Below are positions 44,146-54,782 of a stretch of 64,000 bases of DNA, piece after piece. The stretch is from an uncultured Acidobacteriota bacterium (GTDB lineage: Bacteria > Acidobacteriota > Thermoanaerobaculia > Thermoanaerobaculales > Sulfomarinibacteraceae), in NCBI GenBank assembly GCA_963753035.1, contig CAVWAW010000010.1, positions 466,093 through 530,092 on the forward strand. The letters are read 5' to 3'. Under the pieces are notes generated by a model. It was not told the origin of the DNA and did not search any database. It was given only the letters and a program-made list of their open reading frames with translations. Position 1 is the stretch's first letter; every line of letters begins with the position of its first letter. The position numbers and the translations under genes are program-made.

Positions 44146-44733
44146 TCAGAACTCCACCACCGGCGGGGTCTCGGCTCCCTCGACCGACTCGAAGTAGGCC
44201 TTTGGCTCGAACCCGAAGAAGTTGGCGATGAACACCGTCGGGAAGGTCCGCCGGATGGTATTGAAATCGCGCGCCACCTCGTTATAGCGATGCCGTTCGA
44301 CCGCGATCCGGTTCTCGGTGCCCTCGAGTTGGACCTGAAGATCACGAAAAGCCTGGGTCGATTTGATGTCCGGGTAGCGCTCCACCACGACCAGCAACCG
44401 CGAGAGCGCGTTGCTCAGACCGTCCTGGGCGCCCTGGAACTGTTGCATCTGGGCTGCATCGGGAGCGTTTTCGAAATTGACCTGTCCGACCTTGGCGCGG
44501 GCCTCGACGACCGCCGTCAGGGTCTCAGATTCGAATTCAGCGGAGCCCTTGACCGTGGCCACCAGATTGGGGATCAGATCCGCCCGGCGTTGATAGACGT
44601 TTTCGACCTGGCCCCACGCCGAGTCGACGCCTTCTTCCAGCGAGACCAACCGGTTGTATCCGCCGACACCGATCATCGCGACGATCCCAAGGATCACCAA
44701 CAGCACCCCACACCCGATGGCTGCAAATTTCAT
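44146..44733 (-). CDS. lemA: LemA family protein
   Basis: YNRLV, QRRADLIPNLVATVKG, ERYPDIKS, LEGTENRIAVER. Confidence 0.95.
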   Translation of the reverse strand: MKFAAIGCGVLLVILGIVAMIGVGGYNRLVSLEEGVDSAWGQVENVYQRRADLIPNLVATVKGSAEFESETLTAVVEARAKVGQVNFENAPDAAQMQQFQGAQDGLSNALSRLLVVVERYPDIKSTQAFRDLQVQLEGTENRIAVERHRYNEVARDFNTIRRTFPTVFIANFFGFEPKAYFESVEGAETPPVVEF

Positions 44734-44846
44734 TTTCTTCGCCTCCCGTTTCGCGTATCGATGGCGATATTGTAACCGCGCCGCCGAATCTCAGCAGCGG
44801 ACATCTCTGCGTCACCAGAATTTCCACGTTTCCACAAACCCTCAAA

Positions 44847-44875
44847 TTGACACCGGGAGAGATGAGGTTCAGTCT
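44847..44875 (+). promoter_or_regulatory. Possible sigma70 promoter for the cytochrome gene
   Basis: TTGACA at 44847, 17-bp spacer, weak -10 (CAGTCT). Confidence 0.3.
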
Positions 44876-44930
44876 TCGAAACAGGAATCGGTGTTGAGAA
44901 TTTCGCCAACACTGACAGAGGAGGTCCGAC

Positions 44931-46304
44931 ATGAAAAAGCTGTTGTTGGTTTATTCCCTTGGCCGTGGTCGCGGTCGTTGCGTTGGTCGCCCGTGCAGGA
45001 TCCCCAGCAGGTGATGCGGCGCTCGGCACGCAAAGCTACGATGCATTCGAGTCAGATGTGGTTTGCGCCGAGTGCCACGTCGATATCGCCAGACAGCACC
45101 AGCAGGCCATGATGTCTCAGTCGTTCACCCACCACTGGGACGAGATCGAGTATTTCGAACTCGCCCTCCCGCACTCCGAGAAAGGTCGAGAAGGTTGCCG
45201 GCGTCAAGGCCGGCTGCAACGGCTGCCACGCGCCCCTCGCCTTCCTCGCAGGCGATATCCCACCAAAACCACCCGCCGAAGGAACCCGCGCCAACGAAGG
45301 CGTCAGCTGCGCCCTCTGCCACGCCATCACCGGGCACGACGGCGAGGTGCCGTTCAACTTCAATTTCACCGTCGATCCGGCCGCCGGCACCCAGGGAACC
45401 CGCGCCGGGGTCGAGAGCCCGGGCCACGAGATCGTGGTCAATCCCTATATCGGCACCGCCGAGTTCTGCGGCACCTGCCACAACGAGAAGGACCCGTGGG
45501 GACTCTGGGTCAAGGCCACCCATCTCGAGTGGAAAGAGAGCCCCCAGGCGGCGGCCGGCATCGTCTGCCAGGACTGCCACATGCCGCCGGCCGCCGGCAA
45601 TTCGGCGCCCGAGACCGGTGGCGTCGACCACCCCGATATCCGCCAGCACCTCTTCCACGGCGCACACGACACCGGCAAGCTCATGGGCGCCGTCGAGGTG
45701 CGGATCCACCCATCTGAACTCGAGGTCAAACCCGGTCGCGAGATCATCCTCACCGCCACGGTGGTCAACGCCAAGGCCGGCCACATGATCCCGTCGGGTT
45801 CGGCCGAAGAGCGCGTGGTCTGGCTCCACGTCGAAGCCGTGGATGCATCCGGCGCGACCCACCACCTCGCGAGTGGATGCCAAGGGATTCGAAGGCGAGG
45901 AGCTCACCATCGCTTCCGCCGACGCCATGGCCTATCAGGACATCGGCGACATCAAGGGAATCGAAGGGTTCGCCGGGATCAAGCGCGACGGCGACGTCCC
46001 GGCGGGCGACCGGATCTTCCGGCTGCCCTATCTCGACGAGCAGGGCCGGATGACGGTGGCCCAGTGGAACACCGCCGGATTCGGGACCGACTACCGGCTG
46101 GCTCCGCTCGAGGCCAAGAACGAGACCTTCACGTGGACGCTTCCGGAGGATCTGCCGCCGGGAACGGTCACGGTCACCGCCACCGTCTGGTACTCCAAAA
46201 TCGTATCGTCGGTCGCCGAGTACATGGGAGTTCCGGCCGAGGAGGCCGAGCCGATCAAGATGAGCGAACACCAAACGACAGTGGTGGTTGCGAGCAAGGG
46301 CTGA
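44931..46304 (+). CDS. Secreted pentaheme c-type cytochrome (frameshifted)
   Basis: GAGGAGG RBS, signal peptide, CAECH, CNGCH, CALCH, CGTCH, CQDCH, HLFHG, GHMIPSG. Confidence 0.85.
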
Positions 46305-46310
46305 CTCTCT

Positions 46311-46373
46311 TTTTTTTCACGAAACAGGAGCCGTCGGCGCTGCGCGCCGACGGCTCCTGTTTCGTGAAAAAAA
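46311..46373. repeat. Perfect 30-bp inverted repeat with 3-nt loop
   Basis: tttttttcacgaaacaggagccgtcggcgc-tgc-gcgccgacggctcctgtttcgtgaaaaaaa. Confidence 0.9.
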
Positions 46374-46412
46374 CATGCGATACTTTCCGAAGATCGAAAT
46401 CGGAGGCGCGGA

Positions 46413-48359
46413 ATGTGCGGCCTGGTAGGAATCTTCGGCGGTAAGGGCGACCCGACCGAACGTCACGAGATCGTCCGCCGAATGGCCTCAACCCTGATTC
46501 ATCGCGGCCCCGACGGTGAGGGCTACGAGTTCACCGAGGGTTGCGACTTCGGATTCCGCCGGCTCGCCATCATCGATGTCGCCGCCGACTCGCCGCCCTA
46601 CGCCAACGAGGACCGCAGTATCTGGTCCATGGCCAACGCCGAGATCTACAACTCCGGGGAGATCGTGCCCGATCTCGAGGCCCGCGGCCACACCTTCCGC
46701 ACCCACGTCGACACCGAGGTCATCCCCCATCTCTACGAGGAGTACGGCGTCGATCTCGTGGACCACCTCAACGGGATGTTCGCCTTCTGCGTCTGGGACG
46801 AACGCACTAGGACCCTCTTCCTCGGCCGCGACCGGACGGGCGAGAAACCGCTCTATTACTGGTGGAACGACGGTCAACTGGTCTTCGGCTCCGAGCTGCG
46901 CGCCATCCTCGCCCACCCGGACGCGCCGCGCGCGGTCGACCCTGTTGCCCTTCGTCGCTATCTCCTCCACGATTATTTTCCGGCGCCGCTGAGCCCCATC
47001 GCCGGCATCCGCAAACTCCCCGCCGGCCACGTCCTCACCGTCCGTGACGGACAGCTCGCAGTGCGTTGCTACTGGGATCTCGCCGACCACTTCAACCAGC
47101 CCGAGATCGCCTCCATGAGCCCGGCGGCCATCGCGGAAGAGGTCGACCGCCGGATGGCCAAGGCGGTGGAGCGACGACGACGCGCCGATGTGCCCGTCGG
47201 AGTCTTTCTTTCCGGCGGCATCGACTCCTCAGCGGTCCTCGCCCATCTCGCCGACCAGATCGGACCCGGAGTCCCGGCCTTTTCGCTCGGCCACACCGAC
47301 CTCAATTTCGATGAGTCGCGCTTCGCGCGAGAAACCGCACGGTTCTTCAAGGCCGATTTCAACGAGCTGGTCCTCACCGAGGACGACCTCGCCGATGGAC
47401 TGCGCCGGGTCGCGGTGGGTTTTGACGAGCCTCTCGGTGACGCCTCGATCATTCCGACCCATCTGCTCTCCCTCTTTGCGGTTCAAAAGGTCAAGGTCGT
47501 GCTTTCGGGTGAGGGCGCCGATGAACTCTTCGCCGGCTATCCGACCTATATCGGCAACCGGGTCGCCGGCTGGTACCGCAAGATGCCGCCAGTCGTCCGC
47601 CGGTCGCTGATCGCCGGGATCCGCAAGATGCTACCCGTGTCCATGGGGAACGTCAGCCCGGACTATCTCCTGAGCCGGTTCTCGGCCGCAGCCGAACGCG
47701 AACTCGTCGAGCGCCACCACACCTGGTTCGGCAGCCTGCGTCCCGAACGTCACCCCGAGATCCTCTCCGAGCAGGTGATGGCGATGCTGGCAGCCGATGA
47801 CCCGTTCGGTTCGGCCAAGGCGCGAGTGCAAGGGAAGAACCTCCCGGATCCTCTGGCGACACTGCTCTATTCGGATTTCACAATGTACCTCCAGGACGAC
47901 CTTCTGACCAAGGTCGATCGGGCGACCATGCTCGCCTCCCTCGAAGCCCGCACGCCGTTCCTCGATCACGACTTCACCGAGTTTGTCGCCGGCATCCCGT
48001 CCAAGCTCAAGCTCCAGGGGATCACGACCAAGGCGATCCTCAGGCGGGCGGTCAAGAAGCGCCTGCCTCCGGAAGTGCTGAAACGCCGGAAACGCGGCTT
48101 CAACATCCCGTTCTCACGATGGTTGCTGCACGGTCTCGGCGAACAGCTCCGAGAACGATTCTCCGTTGAGAGGGTCCAGACGCGCGGCCTCCTCGACCCC
48201 GCCGGGATGACTCACCTCATCGACGAGCACATGAGCCGCCAGACCGATCACCGCAAACCGCTGTTCTCTCTCCTCGCCCTCGATCTCTGGTGCGACGCCA
48301 CCTATGGTGAAGGCGCTCCGGTGCCAGTCGCGAACGCGCCCAACGAAGGACTCTCCTAA
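46413..48359 (+). CDS. asnB: Asparagine synthase (glutamine-hydrolysing) family amidotransferase
   Basis: N-terminal MCG, HRGPD, RRLAIID, RDRTGEKPLY, LSGGIDSS, LSGEGADELFAGY, LEARTPFLD. Confidence 0.95.
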   Translation: MCGLVGIFGGKGDPTERHEIVRRMASTLIHRGPDGEGYEFTEGCDFGFRRLAIIDVAADSPPYANEDRSIWSMANAEIYNSGEIVPDLEARGHTFRTHVDTEVIPHLYEEYGVDLVDHLNGMFAFCVWDERTRTLFLGRDRTGEKPLYYWWNDGQLVFGSELRAILAHPDAPRAVDPVALRRYLLHDYFPAPLSPIAGIRKLPAGHVLTVRDGQLAVRCYWDLADHFNQPEIASMSPAAIAEEVDRRMAKAVERRRRADVPVGVFLSGGIDSSAVLAHLADQIGPGVPAFSLGHTDLNFDESRFARETARFFKADFNELVLTEDDLADGLRRVAVGFDEPLGDASIIPTHLLSLFAVQKVKVVLSGEGADELFAGYPTYIGNRVAGWYRKMPPVVRRSLIAGIRKMLPVSMGNVSPDYLLSRFSAAAERELVERHHTWFGSLRPERHPEILSEQVMAMLAADDPFGSAKARVQGKNLPDPLATLLYSDFTMYLQDDLLTKVDRATMLASLEARTPFLDHDFTEFVAGIPSKLKLQGITTKAILRRAVKKRLPPEVLKRRKRGFNIPFSRWLLHGLGEQLRERFSVERVQTRGLLDPAGMTHLIDEHMSRQTDHRKPLFSLLALDLWCDATYGEGAPVPVANAPNEGLS

Positions 48360-48364
48360 TCCGC

Positions 48365-50080
48365 ATGATCAGCAACCGACATCCTCCCCTATTGGTTGCA
48401 TGGTCGCTGGTGGTGGTCATCGGTCTCGGTTGGGGACTCGGAAGCTACCCCCTGATAGACCAGGACGAAGGCCGCAACGGCGAGGTCGCCCGCGAGATGG
48501 CTCAGTCCAACGACTATGTACTGCCGCATCTCAACGGACTTCCCTACATCGACAAACCCGTGCTCTCCTTCGCAGCCGCGGCCGCGGTCATGGAGGTCCT
48601 CGGCCCGACCGAGCTCGCCGCGCGGACCGTCCCTTTCCTTTCGGCCTTGGCCACGGCGCTGCTCGTGGGTTGGTTTGGCGGGCGCTGGTACGGCCGTGAG
48701 GCCGGGTGGGTCGCCGGGATCGCCGCCGCCGTGGCGCCATTACCCCTCGCATTCTCCCGGATCGTCATCCTCGACAGCCTTCTCGCGCTTTTCGTGACCT
48801 CGACCCTACTCGCGTTCTATTCCGCGATCGAGGCTCGAGTCGCCGGGCGACCCGACCGTTTCTACACCCTCGTTGCGTGGGCATCCATCGGGTTCGGAGT
48901 CCTGACCAAGGGCCCGGTCGCGCTGGCCGTCCCTCTCATGGTCGCGGCGCCCTACGCACTCTGGCGCCGAGCTTCGTGGTCGGTGTGGAATCCGCTGGGC
49001 CCGCTGCTGATGGCCGCCATCATCGCCCCGTGGGTGTGGTTCATGGAGGATCGTCTTCCCGGCTACCTCGAGTACGTCGCGATCACCGAGACCTGGCAAC
49101 GCGTCAGCAGCGATGAACTCCAACGAACCCAGCCGTGGTGGTACTTCCTCGTCATCGCCGGGGTCGGGTTCTTCCCCTGGTGGCCGTTGGCCCTCGGCCG
49201 CCGTCGTCTGGACGGCGGGATCGACGCCAAGCGGGTGTACAGTTTTATCTGGCTTCTGGTCCCGCTCGTTTTCTTTTCGATCTCACGCTCGAAATTGCCC
49301 CAGTACATCCTGCCGCTCATGCCCGCGGTCGCCCTTTTGTTGGCCTCCCGGTGGGCCCCCGGTTCGAGTTTGCCTCGACGAACAACCATGATCTCTCTCG
49401 CCGGTTGGAGCCTCTTCGGTCTCGCAATGGCGGCCGCCGGAGTCGGCGCTCTCGAGAAGAGCCGGGTTCCCCCGGAGCTGCAGAACGCCCTCCCCGTGCC
49501 GGCATTTCTGATGGCCGCGCTGTGCCTTATTTCGATCATCGGAGCGCTTGTCGCGCTGCGCAAGGGAAACGGCCCAGGGCTCGTCGCCGCGCTGAGCCTA
49601 CCCCTCGTCGCTCTCCCGGTTGTTCTTTTTCCGGTCATCACGGTGCTCGCCGAACTCCGATCGGAACGCGCCCTGGTGACCATGATTCAAACCGAGCTCC
49701 CGGCCGAGACCGAAGTCCTGGGATTGAAGAGCTGGCGTCCTTCGGTCTCGTTCTACCTCCAGAGACCGGTACCGATCCTGAGTACCGATGGGGACGAGCT
49801 TCGAAGCAACTACATTCTCAGAACCTACAGCGAGTGGGCGAATGCCAACGGCTCTCTCCGACCTGCACCGGCAGGAGTCACCGGACTCGATCAGTGCACC
49901 CAACCCACCGTCTATCTCGTCCATTCGCGACGACCCGAAATCCAGCAGGGGCTCGAGAGGGCCGGCCTCGAAAAGATCTGGACCGGCCCCAAGCTCCACG
50001 CTTATTTCTGCGAACCACCGGGCCGGTCGGTCAACGCCATCGAGGAAGTCACGGTCCTACCGGATCAAAACGGGAGTTGA
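48365..50080 (+). CDS. ArnT-like glycosyltransferase family 39
   Basis: DQDEGRN, AREM, DKPVL, LTKGPVAL, QPWWYF, KLPQYILP; many TMs. Confidence 0.88.
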   Translation: MISNRHPPLLVAWSLVVVIGLGWGLGSYPLIDQDEGRNGEVAREMAQSNDYVLPHLNGLPYIDKPVLSFAAAAAVMEVLGPTELAARTVPFLSALATALLVGWFGGRWYGREAGWVAGIAAAVAPLPLAFSRIVILDSLLALFVTSTLLAFYSAIEARVAGRPDRFYTLVAWASIGFGVLTKGPVALAVPLMVAAPYALWRRASWSVWNPLGPLLMAAIIAPWVWFMEDRLPGYLEYVAITETWQRVSSDELQRTQPWWYFLVIAGVGFFPWWPLALGRRRLDGGIDAKRVYSFIWLLVPLVFFSISRSKLPQYILPLMPAVALLLASRWAPGSSLPRRTTMISLAGWSLFGLAMAAAGVGALEKSRVPPELQNALPVPAFLMAALCLISIIGALVALRKGNGPGLVAALSLPLVALPVVLFPVITVLAELRSERALVTMIQTELPAETEVLGLKSWRPSVSFYLQRPVPILSTDGDELRSNYILRTYSEWANANGSLRPAPAGVTGLDQCTQPTVYLVHSRRPEIQQGLERAGLEKIWTGPKLHAYFCEPPGRSVNAIEEVTVLPDQNGS

Positions 50081-50210
50081 ATCAGCGCCGTGGGTTTTCG
50101 GGTCTCGCCTGCACGCCGCCCACCAAACTGAAATTCTATTTCTCCGGACTTTGCGTATTTTCATACACGTCTGTCGAGATTCCGATTTATAATGCGGGGC
50201 GGGGAGTGTC

Positions 50211-52493
50211 ATGAATCCGTCCGACCCTTCAGCTCAACAGGCTGAACTGACGCCGGAAGATCTCAAACGGCGCAGTGATGAGACATCGGTGAGCCGATCG
50301 GCCCCGTCCAACGGGCCGAGGCCGCTACTGAAGTGCCTCATCGTGTCGCACGACGAAGACGTGCGGTCCCTTCTCGATTCCATGCTCAAGGTGAGGCGCC
50401 ACTCGGTGATGACCTTTGATCATCTCGAGATTGACGATGTCGATTGCGTCGAGTTCTCCCCGAATCTGGCGATCATCGATTGGCGGCTGCCCGATGGACT
50501 CGCCCAGGATCTGGTCCAGCAGATCCACAGCGACACGCGATTGGCCTCCACCTGCCAGATCCTGGCAGTGGTCGACTCCTACACCAGCTCCGAAGTCTCG
50601 ACGATTCTCGACAGCGGCGTGTGCGATGTCCTGACCGAACCACTCGAACCGGCCTCGGTCGAGGCGCGGATTCGCGTCCACGAGCACATCGCAGCCGAGT
50701 TTCTCAAGCTGGAGAAGGCCTACGCCGAGCTCCGTCAGAGCCACGAACGCCTCCTCATATCCTGTGGTGGACAGGAGGACGGGCTTTGGGACGTCAATGT
50801 TCGATCCGGTGAACTCACCCTCTCGTCTGAATGGGCCGCTCTCATCGGGCCCGATGTTCCCCGACAGACGAACATCGACAGCTGGCTCGAGTTCGTCGAC
50901 GAAGAAGACCGCGATCGAATCCGCCAACTCATCGAGTCGGCGGCGCGGGGCGAGCTGCAGTCGCTCGAAGAACACTATCGGCTGATCACACACGACGGGA
51001 CTCTCCGCCGCTTCATGATGCGCGGCGAAGCGGTTCGTGATTCAGGTGGCGAGGCCATGCGCCTGGTGTGTCGCCACACCGACGTCACCGACGACGAGAT
51101 CACCTTCGAGGAGCCCCGCACCAACCTCCTGATCGATCCACTCACCCGTCTGGCCAGCAGGACGGTACTGCTCGATCGCCTTCGCCACGCCTTCGCCCGG
51201 GCGTCGCGGATGAAGGACAAGCCCTTCGCGGTGCTCTTCTTCGATATCGACAGGTTCAAGACCGTCAACGACAGTCTCGGCCACCTCGTCGGCGACAAGC
51301 TGCTCATGGCCATTGCCGATCGGGTTCGATCCATCTGCCGACCCAGCGACACCGTCTGTCGGTTCGGCGGCGACGAATTCGTCATCGTCGCCGAGGACGT
51401 CGAGTCGGTCCGGGATGCGACCAGCATCGCCGAACGCCTCCATCAGGAGTTTCAGGTCCCGTTCCAACTCAACGAAACAGAGGCCTATGCCACCGTCAGC
51501 ACCGGGATCGCCATGTGGCATCCGGGCTATGACAAACCGGAGAATCTGCTTCGCGATGCGGACAACGCCATGTACCGGGCCAAGGATCTCGGTCGGAACC
51601 GGTACGCGGTCTTTGATGAAAAAATGCACGCCGAGGTGGTCGCCACCCTCGAGTTGGAGAACGATCTGCGACGCGCCGTGACTCGAAAAGAGTTCCGGCC
51701 TTTCTACCAGCCGATCATTTCCCTCGACAAGGGCAACCTCGTCGGATTCGAGGTCCTCGCACGGTGGGACCACCCGACCCGCGGATTGGTCCTCCCAGGC
51801 GAATTCATTCCGGCATCGGAAGAGATGGGTATCGCGGTCCAGATCGACCGCATTGTCGCAGACATCGCATGCCGTCAGGTCCGGCCGTGGCAGGTCCAAT
51901 ACCGAATGGACCCGCCGATCTCCATCAGCCTCAACATCTCGACCACCCAGTTTCTCCAGCTCGAATTGGTTTCCAGAATCGACCACACCCTCCGCCAGAA
52001 CGGTCTCTACGGCAGGGACATCAAACTGGAGGTCACCGAAAGTGTCCTTATGGAGAACACCGTGCACGCCACGGCCATGCTGGATCAGCTCTCCGCCCTC
52101 GACATCGGGCTGAGCATCGACGACTTCGGAACCGGTTATTCTTCGCTGTCATATCTCAAGCGATTCGAGATCGACTCGCTCAAGATCGACTACTCCTTCG
52201 TGACCAGGATGCTCGATGATGTGGACTCGATGGAAATCGTCCGCACCATCATTGATCTCGGTCGGAATCTCGGCAAGACCACCATCGCCGAGGGTGTGGA
52301 GACCGATGGTCAACTCGAGGCCTTACGCGAGATGGGCTGCGACCAGGTTCAGGGTTTCTACATCGCCCGCCCCATGCCCGCCGAAGATGCCGCCGAACTC
52401 CTCGATCGCATCCATCTGTCGAGGAACCACCTCCAGACCCTCCTGGTGGATCATCTCGTCGATGAACAGAACATCGATCTCGACGAAGACTGA
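50211..52493 (+). CDS. REC-PAS-GGDEF-EAL c-di-GMP signalling protein
   Basis: REC IIDWRLPD; PAS DGLWDVN; RPSD...RFGGDEF; EVLARW, IDDFGTGYSSL, AEGVET. Confidence 0.92.
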   Translation: MNPSDPSAQQAELTPEDLKRRSDETSVSRSAPSNGPRPLLKCLIVSHDEDVRSLLDSMLKVRRHSVMTFDHLEIDDVDCVEFSPNLAIIDWRLPDGLAQDLVQQIHSDTRLASTCQILAVVDSYTSSEVSTILDSGVCDVLTEPLEPASVEARIRVHEHIAAEFLKLEKAYAELRQSHERLLISCGGQEDGLWDVNVRSGELTLSSEWAALIGPDVPRQTNIDSWLEFVDEEDRDRIRQLIESAARGELQSLEEHYRLITHDGTLRRFMMRGEAVRDSGGEAMRLVCRHTDVTDDEITFEEPRTNLLIDPLTRLASRTVLLDRLRHAFARASRMKDKPFAVLFFDIDRFKTVNDSLGHLVGDKLLMAIADRVRSICRPSDTVCRFGGDEFVIVAEDVESVRDATSIAERLHQEFQVPFQLNETEAYATVSTGIAMWHPGYDKPENLLRDADNAMYRAKDLGRNRYAVFDEKMHAEVVATLELENDLRRAVTRKEFRPFYQPIISLDKGNLVGFEVLARWDHPTRGLVLPGEFIPASEEMGIAVQIDRIVADIACRQVRPWQVQYRMDPPISISLNISTTQFLQLELVSRIDHTLRQNGLYGRDIKLEVTESVLMENTVHATAMLDQLSALDIGLSIDDFGTGYSSLSYLKRFEIDSLKIDYSFVTRMLDDVDSMEIVRTIIDLGRNLGKTTIAEGVETDGQLEALREMGCDQVQGFYIARPMPAEDAAELLDRIHLSRNHLQTLLVDHLVDEQNIDLDED

Positions 52494-52831
52494 TCACGAT
52501 TTTCCCCCCCTCACAGTCCAATTCAAAAAGGCGCTATTTCCAAATTCAGCAGACGCGATTTCACACATGCCTGTGTTAAGCTCATGGGCGGCACATTAAA
52601 CGGAGTCATCACGTCTCACCGCCCGGCTCGGGACCGGGGAAGGGATGCGAATTGCGACGAAGCTCGAGCGTCATGAGCGCGACCGCGTCGAAACAGATTC
52701 TGTTGTGTTACCCGACACCCAATTTGAGATTCAATCTTCCCGCTGGAGTCCCCTTCGAGTTGCCGCAAGGTGAACCCGAAGAGCGAAAGTCCGGCGGGTT
52801 ATTTGGTGAACCAACCATAGAGGAGGGGGAG

Positions 52832-54766
52832 ATGAGTCATTTTTCTTCACACCGGCTGAGTACGACAGGGAAATTCATTCTTGTTGCAGCCATCATCGGT
52901 CTTTTTGCCATGCCCGGCGAGGCCATCGATTTGTCCGGTTCTTCCGGCAAGTACACGCTCAACCTCGACGTCACCGTGTCGTACGGTGCCCGGTTCCGCG
53001 TTCAGGACCGCGATATGGCGATCATCAGCCCATTCGAGGGCGGCACCGCCTGGTCGGTCAACGGCGATGACGGTAACCTCAACTTCGACAAGGGGATCGT
53101 CAGCAACACACCCAAGGCCACCGTCGACTTCGGTTTTTCCTACGATCTCGGCTCCAACTACAGCATCGGGTTCTTCACCCGCGCCTCGGCGTTCTACGAC
53201 TTCACCCTGATGGGCGACTGCTGCGAGCGCACCGAGCTCACCGATGACGCCCTCGACTGGGCCGGGAGCCGCACCGAGCTCCTCGACGCCTACTTGTGGT
53301 GGCAGTTCCCCATCGGCGAAATCCGCGTCGGCCGTCAGGTTCTCAACTGGGGTGAAAGCACCTTCATCCAGGGTGGTTTGAGTGTCATCAATCCGGTTGA
53401 CGTCTCCGCTCTGCGGGTCCCGGGCTCCGAACTCCGCGAGGCCTTCCGGCCCGTCGGTATGGTCTGGGCCTCCTTCGACCTGTCCAGCAACGTCTCCGTC
53501 GAGGGTTTCTACGAGTACGAGTGGGATCCCATCGTCATCGACCCGCCGGGAACCTACTTCTCGACCAACGACTTCGCCGGCCCCGGCGGCGAAAACGTCT
53601 TTCTCGCCTTCGCCAGCTTCCCCGACACCGGCGAGCAGCCATTCTTCATGGGGCCGGACCGGGACACCCTGTACCCGTACCCTTTCATGAGCGTTCCCCG
53701 CGGTGACACGCAGGAAGCCAAGGACGGCGGGCAGTACGGTCTGTCGCTGAAGTGGTACCTCCCGAGCCTGGGTGGAACCGAATTCGGCTTCTACTTCATG
53801 AACGTCCACAGCCGGCTGCCGACCATCAACGGTATCACCGGGACCCAGCAGGCTGCCGGACAGGGTCTCGCAGCGGCGCCGGGGATTGCATTGGCGATCT
53901 ACGCAGCCTTGGGTGTGCCTCCCGGAGTCAGCCCCGCGGCTGATGCTGCAGCCGCCCAGGCCGCCCAGGCGGGCGTGACCTCGATCTACGCTCAGTCGGC
54001 CCAGTGGTACACCGCCTATCCCGAAGACATGAAACTCTACGGCTTCAGCTGGAACGCCCAGCTCGGCACCTCGGGTGTCGCCTTCCAGGGTGAGGTTTCC
54101 TACCGTCAGGATGCGCCTTATCAGGCCGACGACGTCGAGGTCCTCTTCGCCGCGTTGTCGCCAATCTCGGCCGGATTGGCTGCCACCAACCAGGTCGCCC
54201 CCGGCGGGCTCGGATTCGAGGAAGAGGTCATCGGCTACCGCCGTCTCGACTCCTCACAGCTCCAGTTCACCTTCACCAAGGTCGTCTCCAACTTCCTCGG
54301 CGCCGATCAGGCCGTTTTTGTCGGCGAGTTCGGTTTCAACAAGATCTGGGACATGCCGTCCAAGGATGTGCTGCGCTTCGATGGCCCGGGCACCTACACC
54401 AGCGGCAACCCGATCCACTCGCTGCCGGGCGGGGCCCACGCGGGCAAACCGTATGAGGAAGCCAAGCACTTTGCCGACGACTTCTCCACCGGCTACCGGC
54501 TCGCCACCCGCTTCGACTATTTCAATGCAATCGGCGCGTGGGGCCTGTCCCCCAGGCTCGCCTGGGCGCATGACCCGTACGGCAATACGCCTGGCCCCGG
54601 CGGGAGCTTTCTCGAGGGTCGGATGGCCCTGACCGTCGGTATCCAGGCCCAGTACCAGAACGCCTGGCAGATCGACCTCAGCTATACCACCTTTATGGGC
54701 GCAAGTCGCTTCAACCTCATCAACGACCGCGATTTCATCGGCGGTTTTGTCAAGTTCTCGTTCTAG
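52832..54766 (+). CDS. DUF1302 family outer-membrane protein
   Basis: NGDDGNLNF, LLDAY, RVGRQVLNWGESTF, GTYFSTND, YPED, DRDFIG..KFSF with C-terminal Phe. Confidence 0.9.
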   Translation: MSHFSSHRLSTTGKFILVAAIIGLFAMPGEAIDLSGSSGKYTLNLDVTVSYGARFRVQDRDMAIISPFEGGTAWSVNGDDGNLNFDKGIVSNTPKATVDFGFSYDLGSNYSIGFFTRASAFYDFTLMGDCCERTELTDDALDWAGSRTELLDAYLWWQFPIGEIRVGRQVLNWGESTFIQGGLSVINPVDVSALRVPGSELREAFRPVGMVWASFDLSSNVSVEGFYEYEWDPIVIDPPGTYFSTNDFAGPGGENVFLAFASFPDTGEQPFFMGPDRDTLYPYPFMSVPRGDTQEAKDGGQYGLSLKWYLPSLGGTEFGFYFMNVHSRLPTINGITGTQQAAGQGLAAAPGIALAIYAALGVPPGVSPAADAAAAQAAQAGVTSIYAQSAQWYTAYPEDMKLYGFSWNAQLGTSGVAFQGEVSYRQDAPYQADDVEVLFAALSPISAGLAATNQVAPGGLGFEEEVIGYRRLDSSQLQFTFTKVVSNFLGADQAVFVGEFGFNKIWDMPSKDVLRFDGPGTYTSGNPIHSLPGGAHAGKPYEEAKHFADDFSTGYRLATRFDYFNAIGAWGLSPRLAWAHDPYGNTPGPGGSFLEGRMALTVGIQAQYQNAWQIDLSYTTFMGASRFNLINDRDFIGGFVKFSF

Positions 54767-54782
54767 GGGAAGGGAGAGAAAA

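Noticed and set aside
52500-52830. c-di-GMP riboswitch downstream of the GGDEF-EAL gene
   Set aside because: Class I and class II consensus elements were not found; kept only as an unassigned structured leader.
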